In this document: positions 44,589 to 56,659 of the stretch, in pieces | How the letters are laid out: each line of letters opens with the position of its first letter | How positions within the stretch are numbered: the stretch's first letter is position 1 | DNA from: Octopus vulgaris | Lineage: Eukaryota | Direction: 5' to 3' | DNA: 64,000 bases | Assembly (NCBI GenBank): GCA_951406725.2 | Contig: OX597830.1 | Coordinates: 47,182,001-47,246,000, forward strand | Notes under the pieces: model-generated | What the model saw: the letters and a program-made list of their open reading frames with translations, nothing else | What the model was told of the DNA's origin: nothing | Database searches by the model: none | Program-made: the position numbers and the translations under genes

Positions 44589-44639
<51 letters not shown>

Positions 44640-45503
44640 TATATGTGTGTGAAAGAAGGTATGTATGTATGTATGTATGTATGTATGTATGTATGTATGT
44701 ATGTATGTATGTATATATGTATGTATATGCATGTATGCGTGTATAGGATAATATATTATTACTTTAGTTTATCTGAAAGCCAATTACATTCTCACTTCAG
44801 TTTTCCATTAAATTAACATATTTCTCCAAGTCAGAACTATATTTCCATTCATTATGTCTCTATGAATTAATTACTTTTATTCATTATTGATTTATTTTTA
44901 TATTTTACATTTTTATTTATCTATTCTCCTCTTCGGATATGTTTAATTGGTGAGATATTTATTGGTGTTCCGAAAATTGATTTGTGTGTTGTGTGTATGT
45001 TTCCTGATGAAGGGACATTGTCCGCATGGTTTGTAAGATGTTTTATTAATTTTTCTACCAGCACATGAACTCTGGATTCGGCTGTAGAAAGTGAACTTGT
45101 TCCAACTGTATTATATACCTTATATTATATACCGTTAATATATTTTTAAAGAACACCGAACCCTATGGCTCTTTTAAGTGAAACTCTTAACCGTTCGTAA
45201 TTTTAGTACACACAAAAAAAAGAAAATACTTTTATCTGTTCTCTTTTTCTCACGCTTCCTTTCATACGTATCCCACACGGGTTTTATTTACATGTATCTT
45301 TATGCATATTTAAACACATACTCTTTTATTCTTTTACTTGTTTCAGTCATTTGAATGCGGCCATGCTGGAGCACCGCCTTTAGTCGAGCAAATCGACCCC
45401 AGGACTTATTCTTTGTAAGCCTAGTAATTATTCTATCTATATACATACACACACATATATATATGTATGTGTATATATATATGTATATATATGTATATAT
45501 ATG

Positions 45504-45558
<55 letters not shown>

Positions 45559-45619
45559 GTATATATATGTATATATATATATGTATATATATATGTATAT
45601 ATATATGTATATATATATG

Positions 45620-45654
<35 letters not shown>

Positions 45655-46210
45655 GTATATATATATATATGTGTATATATATATATATATATACATAAAT
45701 GTGTGTATGTGTATATCTGTGTATATGTGTTATGTATCTTTGAGTGTGAGTGCGTATACGAAGCTGCTAATTAACATTATGGTACAAAATGGAGATTTGC
45801 CAGGTTTCAGGAAACGACAAAAGAATTTTCTTTTCGCGAGAAAACAAAATGTTTTGATCAAAAGATCGGGAAACTATGAGTTTCGATGAAGTCAAATACC
45901 AGCTTAGTAAACATATGTATATATATTACAAAGCTTTATCAATATGCTGAGTCTTTTGCTCACTCGATTTTTCTGTCGCCGACAAACTATTTCTGTTGTG
46001 AATTTAATAATCACAAAAAGCAAAAAAATGAGAAGTGATAGATTGAATCCTGGCGTGCCCTAACCAGCTTCTCTTGCATACAGAAAGTTGGGCAAATGAG
46101 AAAAGTAGACGTTCAATTTCGATTGACAATCTACTTATTATCATAGACTTGTGTCGGACATGACGGTCCCAAGAAATATAACAAAATAATAACGTCGGTA
46201 ACTTCTGTTC

Positions 46211-46306
<96 letters not shown>

Positions 46307-46319
46307 TTAGTAGTAGTAT

Positions 46320-46375
<56 letters not shown>
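46211..46375. repeat. (TAG)n microsatellite (a second one at 49084-49151)
   Basis: Direct observation. Confidence 0.95.
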
Positions 46376-46733
46376 AGAATATTCCGGGAAAAATGGTGAC
46401 TGTACTCTGACAATGATTATGCCAGCAGTTACGCTTCGATGCACATATCGCTAAGCTCGCTCTGTAAAACATTTTTTTTTTTAAATACGCAAATTTGATT
46501 GGAAAGATCTCTATGTTGCTGCCATCACTCGAAAATCCGGGAAACGTTTCATATAATTTTATAGGCCAGATATTTGCTGACGTCATTAATCAATCTGTCA
46601 AATTTCCGCTTGCTGTCTACAAACAAATCCCGAATGAGAATCAAAGTGTAGACGTGCTACACGTACATATGTGTATGTGCATGTCTTTATGTATTTCATG
46701 CATGCATGTGTGCATGTATAAAGCTATACTGAC

Positions 46734-46914
46734 CCGTCGAGGCTGAAGCAGTGGGCCGCTGTAAGTAACCAAACTTCATCTATAAGGGTGGCTCCACAAC
46801 TGCGGATGCTAGGTTCGTTGTCTTCTGGTTTGAAGTAAGTGGCTGACAATAACACTAACCAGGGAAACTCCTTATTCTGAACAGCATTACCACCGATTAT
46901 CGAACTGACAAAAG
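46734..46914 (-). CDS. Internal exon of an S1-family (trypsin/chymotrypsin-like) serine protease containing the mature N-terminus and catalytic His
   Basis: tctcttttcAG acceptor and GTCAGT donor; 181 bp, phase 1 to phase 2; encodes [45 protein letters not shown]. Confidence 0.95.
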
Positions 46915-46933
46915 CTGAAAAGAGATACACATT

Positions 46934-47079
<146 letters not shown>

Positions 47080-47205
47080 ATAATAAGAGTAAATAATTTC
47101 TATAAAGGCTTTTAAAAAAACCCAATTATTTACTGGTAGAATTCGGAATGTAAATATAGCCGATTACCGGCAGGAACTTCTGTAAAGTTCAGTATATATA
47201 TTGTT

Positions 47206-48221
47206 TATAAGAAAAAGGGACAGGCAACAGGTTGCTTGACCGCATACCGAAAAAATAGAAATAGCAGTGAATGCTTATTTCTATCAAAGTTGGACTCCGG
47301 GCACGACAAACCCTGTAATTTACATATGCAAAACAGAAGGAATAGATAACGAAAACGAAGTCTGGTGGTTATCTGTGAACATCATGTTTCTGGATTATAA
47401 ACATATTGAATATATATTTCATATATATTTTTGATATATATTTCATATACATTGCATATATATTTCACATCCTTCTTCAGCACAGCTTTCCATTGAAAAA
47501 GATTTATCATAGATTTGTCAAATGCTACGTACCTCAAACCTTCTGACCATGCGACATCAAAATATTTGAAGAAAGTGAGCAAAAGCTCAAACCTACATAG
47601 ACGTTTGAATTCGTAAATCTTCCCTCCAAAATTTTGCCATGCGCACTACAAAAATAGTTCCATAAGATTGGGAACTATTGGGTTGTCATAAGGGAGTGAA
47701 AAATCCAAATAGTAATATATATTTGGATTTTTCACTCCCTTATGACAACCCAATAGTTCCCAATCTTATGGAACTATTTTTGTAGTGCGCATGGCAAAAT
47801 TTTGGAGGGAAGATTTACGAATTCAAACGTCTATGTAGGTTTAGCTTTTGCTCACTTTCTTCAAATATTTTGATGTCGCATGGTCAGAAGGTTTGAGGTA
47901 CGTAGCATTTGATAAATCTATGATAAATCTTTTTCAATGGAAAGCTGTGCTGAAGAAGGATGTGAAATATATATGCAATGTATATGAAATATATATCAAA
48001 AATATATATGAAATATATATTCAATATGTTTATAATCCAGAAACATGATGTTCACAGATAACCACCAGACTTCGTTTTCGTTATCTATTCCTTCTGTTTT
48101 GCATATGTAAATTACAGGGTTTGTCGTGCCCGGAGTCCAACTTTGATAGAAATAAGCATTCTTGACTGCTATTTCTATTTTTTCGGTATGCGGTCAAGCA
48201 ACCTGTTGCCTGTCCCTTTTT

Positions 48222-48227
<6 letters not shown>
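47206..48227. repeat. 1.02-kb near-perfect palindrome (arms 47206-47711 and 47720-48227) with TA tracts on both sides
   Basis: Only one substitution and two small indels seen; identical 66-aa ORFs on opposite strands in the track; possible reduced HHR tgtg CTGAAGA aggatgt GAAA tata TA tgca at about 47946-47977. Confidence 0.96.
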
Positions 48228-48278
<51 letters not shown>

Positions 48279-48439
48279 CATATATATATATATATACACA
48301 CATACACAAATTGGGTACTATATATGTACATATTGCATACACCCTTATTTTGGAGTAGGTCATTCAACCCTATTATCTCCCCTAATTTCGCTCTCGCGTC
48401 TCATGTTTGATCTTTGACGTCTGGCCGAAATCAGATCAC

Positions 48440-48645
48440 CATGTTGATTCGTTAGTTACTGCACGCATATTTTTTTCTCTCCTTCTTTCTGTGTTTTTTT
48501 TCTCTATGTATCTTTCTGTTGAAGAGCGTAGGCTCGAAACGTTAAAGACTTGTTTTAATTATATTTCCTGAGCGCCATACTAATACAATTGTTTGTTTGT
48601 TTTCCACCTGTCTTCGTCTTTTGTCTATTTTCATAAAGCTTCCCG
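48440..48645 (+). mobile_element. Short element with a minimal HHR-like motif at 48511-48548
   Basis: tcttt CTGTTGA a gagc gtag gctc GAAA cg T T aaaga; ends in (TA)n. Confidence 0.75.
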
Positions 48646-48756
<111 letters not shown>

Positions 48757-49084
48757 TGTGTGTGTACACATACATATACATAAATATATAAATATATATA
48801 TATACATACATATAGTGTCGGTGACATACGAGTGGGTATATATCTATAAAAATGAAGTTTCAAAACGCCACTATATACGATAAGAGTTTAATTTTCTGAG
48901 AGATTTTACATGTTTCGGTTTTTCTTGGAAAAACGAACCTTATCAAAAATATATATTTTTTAAAGTTAAGTGTAATAAAAGAAGTTCATAATTATTTCTT
49001 ACTAGTTTCAACAGAGTCCACGTGGTAGGGTTTTATGTGCGGGAACATAATGGCTGTCTTATGCGTTGACTAGAATCGTTGGCT

Positions 49085-49151
<67 letters not shown>

Positions 49152-49224
49152 AGACCGTTGTGGTTGGAGTTGTAGCAGCAGCTCATTGTCTGTAGTAGTG
49201 GAAGTGAACGTTGGCCGTAATAGT

Positions 49225-49955
49225 GGATAATTCCTATTTATGAGTGTAGTTCTGAGTTCCTGGAGACGTGTGTGTCGGGTGCTTGTGTCTGATTTATGGT
49301 GCAAATCCTTCTGGCTAAATAGAAAGGGACGGACATTTATTCTTGTGTGTCTTGGGTGGCATGAGTCAAAGGGTAGGTACTGCTTTGAGTCTGTCGGTTT
49401 ATAATTGATACCCGTTTCTATTTTGTTGCCGACTTTCTTAATGAGGATATCTAGAAATGGTAGTTTTTCCTGGTTATGTTCTATCGTGAATTGGATGTTT
49501 TCATCAATTCCATTTAGTAGTATTTTAAATTCCTCAAGTTTTTCTATACTTTCATCCTAGAAGATGAAACAGTAACCGAAATATCTTTTCCAGTTGTTCT
49601 GGATATAGGTGGAGAAAGAGTTTCCATATTTCTCGAGTGTTTTCTGGTAAAGTATTATTTCGAGGTATCCCATTACTAGGTTGGCAAAAGAGGGCGCAGT
49701 ACGTGTACCCATGGCTGTTCCCGATCTTTGTCTGTAAGAGTCATTATTAAATATAAAGTAATTGTTTTCTAAGATAAATCTCAGTCCTTCTATTATGAGT
49801 TCTTTATTTATGCGAGTTGGGAGTTCAAAAGAGTAGTTGTTTAATCAGAAATTGATCGCTTCTATTCCTAGGGTGTTGGGTATGTTTGAATAAAGGTTAA
49901 CTACATCGAAGGATACTAGTAGGTCTTTCTCATTAACTGTTTTTTGGGAGGTGGT
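49225..49955 (-). pseudogene. Penelope-like element reverse transcriptase and thumb fragment
   Basis: Reverse: LVSFDVVNLYSNIP, ILENNYFIFN..YRQRSGTAMGTRTAPSFANLVMGYLE, WKRYFGYCF (decayed RYIDD), IQFTIE..LPFLDI, YKPTDSKQYLPFDSCHP, LARRICT, LINRNYP. Confidence 0.93.
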
Positions 49956-50051
49956 TACGTGTGTCTTGATCCGAAACATTTAAAATTTCTCAGAAAATTA
50001 AAATTTATCTTATATAGTGGCGCTTTCAAACTTCTTTTATATTTATACATG

Positions 50052-50082
<31 letters not shown>

Positions 50083-50172
50083 ACTTTATTTAAAAGCAGC
50101 ATATTACTCTACCCCTGGTATTTGAGTACTCTTTTTTCCATCTTGTTTCACATTTATGTGTTTACTCCGGGG
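50083..50172. repeat. Collapsed version of the 36295-36490 cassette
   Basis: actttatttaaaagcagc is joined directly to atattactctacccctggtatttgagtactc...tttactccgg. Confidence 0.8.
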
Positions 50173-50174
50173 TA

Positions 50175-50278
<104 letters not shown>

Positions 50279-50279
50279 C

Positions 50280-50820
50280 AGACAAAAATAGAACTAGTGA
50301 ACTAGACGTATTAGGCAAAGATTACTGAACCACTGATACATAATATGAAAAATAACAACCCAAGGAATAACCAGCCTAGAACACATAGATTATTTTATGA
50401 ACACAGCGCAATAGATATGCTGCTTCGAATTCTATAACACCTTCAAACACGGAAACACACTAACACTTAAGCGAATATAAACTAGCAGAACAATTTACCT
50501 TTTACCAAAAACTCCCCAAGCCATGTATCAATGGAATAGATTGATATAGATTGATATTAATAAATTCCTTATTAAAAAATTAAAACTTGACATATAAAAT
50601 AAATGATATAAATATGACAAAAAATTCCAAATTATAACAAATTTCTAACAGAAATAAAACTACCAAACTGCAAACAAGCTGACTAACATTCCATTCAGTG
50701 ATGAGGTCTTAAGTGCCTCTGGCAGCAGGAGGGCAATTCAAACGAAATGCGTAGATATTGAAGGAGTATAAGTATAGAAAGTAATTAAACTAACATTTTC
50801 ACCAAACACCTATAAATATT
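50280..50820 (+). mobile_element. Possible old PLE 3' end (GIY-YIG C-terminus and pLTR)
   Basis: Frameshifted (G)[12 protein letters not shown] after a TA tract; degenerate gtgatgagg...gaaatgcgta motif near 50698-50753. Confidence 0.4.
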
Positions 50821-51550
50821 CCTTTTAAAAATGACTTAAACAAATCGTAGCCCAAATATTTCTCATTTAAAAGAACTAAACTCCATGCGGTGCAAAGAAA
50901 TTCATGAAAACACAAACGTCTTAACGTCATCGCTTCCCCGAACGAACTGACAATTATCATTCAAAAGGCGGAAGTCCATACCAACTTTCTAACGGAAGTG
51001 ACGTTGTACACAATTATTCAAAATAATATATGTTTCTTTATTACCAACAAGGGGCTAAACATAGAGGGGACAAACAAGGACAAACGAATTAAGTCGATTA
51101 CATCGACCCCAGCGCGTAACTGGTACTTAATTTATCGACCCCGAAAGGATGAAAGGCAAAGTCGACCTAATATATGACAACCAGCTTACAAATTGCAAAA
51201 TATCGACTTAACCTCCATCTTTCAGTAAAACTAATCATACTTGAAGAGTAGAGATCACTCCATATTTCTTTTCTTAACGTAACATTGTTTCTCTATATGA
51301 GCCACTAACATTCACAGTTCTGTCCGCAGATATTCTAAACTCATTTATTATTCTCCTGTATCTGATACCGTGAGTGGAAAACACGTTTTGGCCGATACTA
51401 ACAGGAATTCTACTTTGCGCGATGGAAACGATGCAACATGCAAATTAATATTATCAGTTTTATTATAAATACTAATCACAATCTTTTTATTTATACACCA
51501 TACAGACACACGCACTTATATGTACATCTATATGCATCATACGTACATAC

Positions 51551-51590
<40 letters not shown>

Positions 51591-51788
51591 GCACGGATTT
51601 TTGTCAGTGAACAGGTCGCGGTCTTATAGCGACGAAAATATTTTGACAAATTAAACTTAAATGTTGAAGTGAATCGAACGGCTTTTGTGTGTTTCTTAAA
51701 TGGCTTACAAACACCTTCCACGCTGCAATTGTTTTCGTTCCAGCACACGATCTCAGATCAAATCACTTGCTATGCAAGTACATCTCCG

Positions 51789-51838
<50 letters not shown>

Positions 51839-54789
51839 TATGTATGTGTGCGTTTGTATGTGTATGTATGACCAGCTTTTCAATAGTCAATTCCACATAT
51901 ATTATTGATGTAGCGTGCGTCAAAATCCATTGATACGGTCACAAATGCGGCGACAAATAAATATAATAAATAAATAAATGAGTGGAAATTGAGTCGGTGA
52001 GTGTGTTATATTAAGGCATTATGTCTCTCTCTAGACACAACAAAAAGTGCGTTTCATTATTATTATTTCATTATTATTGTTTCATTATTGTTGTTGTTGT
52101 TGTTGTTGTTGTTATTCTAGACATTGCACATTATACAATATCGTGATGTTGTTGATTGAAGATATTGTGTCTGCCTGCTTGTCAAGTCACAACAAAGACC
52201 TCAGACAGACAGTACTTTACGCAATATGCGTGCAGTTCCAAGTAATTACGACTTTTGTAATACACCTGGATTGTAGGGTATTTCTAAGGCTTTCAAATGT
52301 TTCTTCAGGTTGGGTGGTATTGAACTCAATGATCCGATGACAACGGATCGCCAGCACGCCGGACAAGATGTTCAACAACATTTCGTTCGTTTTTTCGTTC
52401 TGAGTTCAAATTTCGCCGAGGTCGACTTTACCTTTCAGGCCTTGCGCCTAGAGTAGAAAGGATTGTTATAATTAGTACTAGTGAACTAAGACCAAATTTG
52501 CCTTTGTCTAATTCAAACTGAGATTATAACGCAATGAGTACAACGCTGGGCATTTGTTGTGGCTCAGTATTGACTTGGCCCCAGTTCTCCTTTCTTGCAG
52601 GTTTCCATCCTTTCATGGACTTACAGTAAGCATCAGGAAAGTCAATTGTTCAAGTCCTTCAGATGTACATTCCATTCCTCTGTTCTTACTCTTGTGTCGC
52701 ACCAGTACCTTCTCTACTCACTCAGTCGTCCCTTTGTGAAAAAGCAAACCCTTCACAGAGAGGTTTATAATGTTAGCCAAACGATGCAGCTAATAGTGCG
52801 ATATCACTTCACAATGAAGATTCAGCAAGGAAACAATAGACATATTCTTCCGACCATGCTGACGATCTTTTGTTCTTATCTGACATCTTATGGCAACCAA
52901 GTATAGGAGGAAGGATGGCATTGTTCTGTTGGAAATCTGTCATTTGGAAAGTTTTCATTTCTTAATCGACAGCTTTGGTGGCTAAATTGAATGTAATTTA
53001 GACAAGCTGTCAAAAGCTTCGCCTCGCCAATATTCACAAATATGTAGAGAAGAAGACAACGTAGTCATGCATCCACACACACACACTGAAACGATTATTT
53101 ATCTGAGTCAATTGTTTATGTTTCGTAGTCGAAAGAAGCATCTAGCAATGGGTGATCAATCATTTTGACTGGTGATTAAGTATAAAATGGAAATCAAGGC
53201 GTTCTTTCACGGTAGAAGTTGAGTGAACGGTTTACGAAGAATAATAAGATGCTGGATCGAATTACCAGGACCTTCATCATATTTTATCTCCTTTAAAGAA
53301 TACCTCGATACCAGAAAATTCTCTCTTGGGCCAACTTTTTATGGAGGAATTATGCAAATGATTGATGTTGGTGACGACTGATGCAGTTTGGAACCAGCGT
53401 TGTCACAGGCGAACTCGGAACTTTAATACCGCTAGACATCTCATTAAACACTAACAATTCCACGGATCCAAATCTCGGAGCAGTGAAATATTTCCTTGTT
53501 TTCACAATAGTACAAATACAAAGAATAAACAAAAGTTAAGGAAAAAATTTGTAGCTTGTTGCTGCCGCATCTATTGCTCCTAAACATTAATTATTGTCAT
53601 TAAAACTTGATTATACACTAATTGTTATAATTACTGCAGTGAATGACCAGAAATATAAAAGGTTGGTTGAATAGTTTTAGTTTTACCCGTGCTGAACACT
53701 GAATTCAATCTTTACTTCGTTCAGCAAAAATAAACATCTTACCAGTGCAATATAACCGAACTTTCAACTTTCTGCAAAAATTAGAAACCAAATATTTTCT
53801 ACGTCTAGTTTTGTCACAAAGATATATGCTGGTGGGAGTAAACAGTCGATTATATTAGTTTCTAGTAAGAACTTTACTTTATCGACCCCGGATGAATAAA
53901 GGTGAAAAATTACCTCGGTGGTATTTGATTGAAAAACAGACTAAACAAAACAAAGGGTCTACAAGGTATTTCGTCCGACGTTGTTCTTGGAGTTTTGGGA
54001 AGATCAACATTTAATTTCACATACCTTTCTCAATAATTATAGCAAGCATCCAGTATATGGCAATTGTTACAATCATACTGTTTATCGAGTCTAACAGTTT
54101 GTGTTAGCATTCGTCTCTGAAAGTAATGAAAGACACAGAAGGCCTTGATTGTTTATTTACAGTTAAGTTGGTGAAACATTAGAAAACTGGAGAAGTATCA
54201 AATAAAAAGAGAAAATTTATATTAACCAATAGCAAATACTTTTCTCGGAAAATATGGAAAATAAATCCAGACAAATTTTAGCGTCATCTGGTTTCTCTAA
54301 GCGAACGTTTAATACACAGAACTGTGTACGGGTTGTGAAAGAAAAGGAGAATACAGTAATCTCTCGACTATTGCGGGTGTTACGTTCCATCCCCACGATA
54401 GGTGAAAATTCGCGAAGCAGAAACAGATTCTTCGCCCATTCTGCCTCAGGAACTGCGAGTATATTATGTCACAATATTCAGCGTTTGTCTTTATACCCGA
54501 ATTCCGCCTTGTCCTCTAGCAAATACTCCATTCACGATGCAAAATTGCATCACCTAGTTTATGTCGGTTACAACGACGAGGCTTCCAGTTTTCCTGCGCC
54601 ATGTTTTGCAAATACTTGTGGTTTGATGTCCTACTTTTCCTCGTAGTGTCCAGATCATCTTTGAAGGCATATACATGTATGTGTGTGTGTGTTGTACGCA
54701 TGTGTGTGTGTGTGCTGTATGTATATGTGTGTGTGTACGCGCGTGTGTGTGTGTATGTGTCAGAAGTGTAAGTACGCGTGGGGCCTGGC

Positions 54790-54960
54790 GATTTTCCTTC
54801 TCCTTCTTTGAACTTTTCCCTTTCTCCTTTCCGACGAAGAGTTATGCTCGAAACGTTAAAAACTCTCTCCTTTCACCGAGCGTCAAAAGCTAATGTAATT
54901 CTTGTGCACGTTCTCACGTTCGTTTTCATCTTCGTTTTTCTTCGTTGTTTGAATTGTTTG
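54790..54960 (+). mobile_element. Diverged short element with an HHR-like motif at 54827-54860
   Basis: cttt CCGACGA a gagt tat gctc GAAA cg T T aaa. Confidence 0.6.
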
Positions 54961-56322
54961 TTCATTGAATTGGCTATGTATGTATGTATGTATGTATGTA
55001 TGTATGTATGTATGTATGTATGTATGTATGTATGTATGTATGTGCGATATATATGCAGAATAAAACTCTCTTTGCCGAAGTCATATACAATGACTGACTA
55101 TGCTAGAAATAGCAACCAAATCTCTCACATATCCTATTCTACCATTCTATAAAATGAAAGGGTACACAGAATAAAGTAGTCGTCGGTTACTATGTATTTA
55201 ATTAAAACACTGGATGGTCACGGTTTCAATGCGTTTGATCACAGCTCGGCTCAGTCCGGGTTAACTCGGGGTTAAGCAATACCAACAACCTTTTGGTTCC
55301 TCCTTTGGCCCCACGCGACCCTAAAGACCTGGATGTTTTAATATCTCTGTTATTTCTTTATTCATTCCTTTAGTTATTTATTCTAGTTTTGTATGTTGTT
55401 TGTGCCTTGTAGGTTAATCGATCGTTCATCGTCTCAGTAATTACTTTATTATTTAATTAGCGATTCTGGCTTAGAGATCGATCAGAAATCAGTTTTGTAG
55501 TTGTGCTCTGGTCATTGAATATGTCCCTTTCTGTAGTCTCTGTTGTTGTTGTTGTTGATAAAGATAATGATAATTAGAATGATGACCACGACCATGATGG
55601 CCATCATAACGTAATTGTTATCGATGATTCTGTGTTTTCTTTCAGATTTCTTTAGATTGGTAATCAGACAATCAGTCGCTGTTCCATTATTGGTCTATTC
55701 TTTCATGTGGAAGACATTTTGCCCTGCCAGACAATATGCCTCACAGTTTTTATATTCACTCTCTTTCCATTCTGATTTCAAATCCTGTTGGGGGTCAATT
55801 TGCCTTTTATCATTTCAGATCGATAAAATAAGTACCATTTTTTTTTCCTTTCATTTTCCTGATAATATTTTCCAAATAATAGGGGCACATTTGAAGGGCG
55901 ATATTTTCTGAACTTTGCATGTAGAAGATTTAGCTGTCAGTTCTTCGATTTTCTACTTTGCATCACATTTTGCTGTTCGTAACGATCCTACAAAACATTG
56001 TGCAGACATCGTCCTTATGTCAATATTCTGCATTTTTTGTTTTTATATTCCTATTTTTGCAGGGTTTTTTTTCAAATATATTTTACTGATATTTTATCAT
56101 CTGCCCGATCAATATTATCACATCAGTAAATGTACAATAGCACCATGCTTTGTCTTTTATAACAATATCAGCGGGGTTCAATTGTATCTCAATAACTGTG
56201 TATGTGTTTGGCGATGCAAACGGAATTTAAACAGGAATTCAAAACATGAGTATTGTGCTGTGTCTAGGGAAAGACATTCTGCAAACTAAATACAAAAAAA
56301 AAACGAATTAAAAACATGAGTG

Positions 56323-56464
<142 letters not shown>

Positions 56465-56603
56465 GCACCTTGTTATCTGCACACTCATGTGTATGGTGTG
56501 TCTGCACTCCAATGCCCGGGGATAATACAATTAACGGATACCAATAGTATATACAGATATTTTATTCCTTAGTCGGTTACTATAACCGCTAACTCTGTTT
56601 ACG

Positions 56604-56659
<56 letters not shown>

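Larger units (their letters stand above)
43652..44592. mobile_element. Candidate retrozyme-like element: 362-bp unit, about 1.5 copies on - (43652-44198) joined head-to-head to about 1.1 copies on + (44196-44592), within (TA)n
   Basis: Period 362 seen twice (tatcgcc at 43661/44023; gagagac at 44201/44563); no differences noticed between copies; complete HHR in each arm; no ORF in the track. Confidence 0.85.

Noticed and set aside
47382-48048. Two identical 66-aa ORFs as a duplicated gene
   Set aside because: A by-product of the palindrome; TTG start and no recognisable domain.
54254-54646. 130-aa plus-strand ORF
   Set aside because: No recognisable domain or splice support; this length is compatible with chance.
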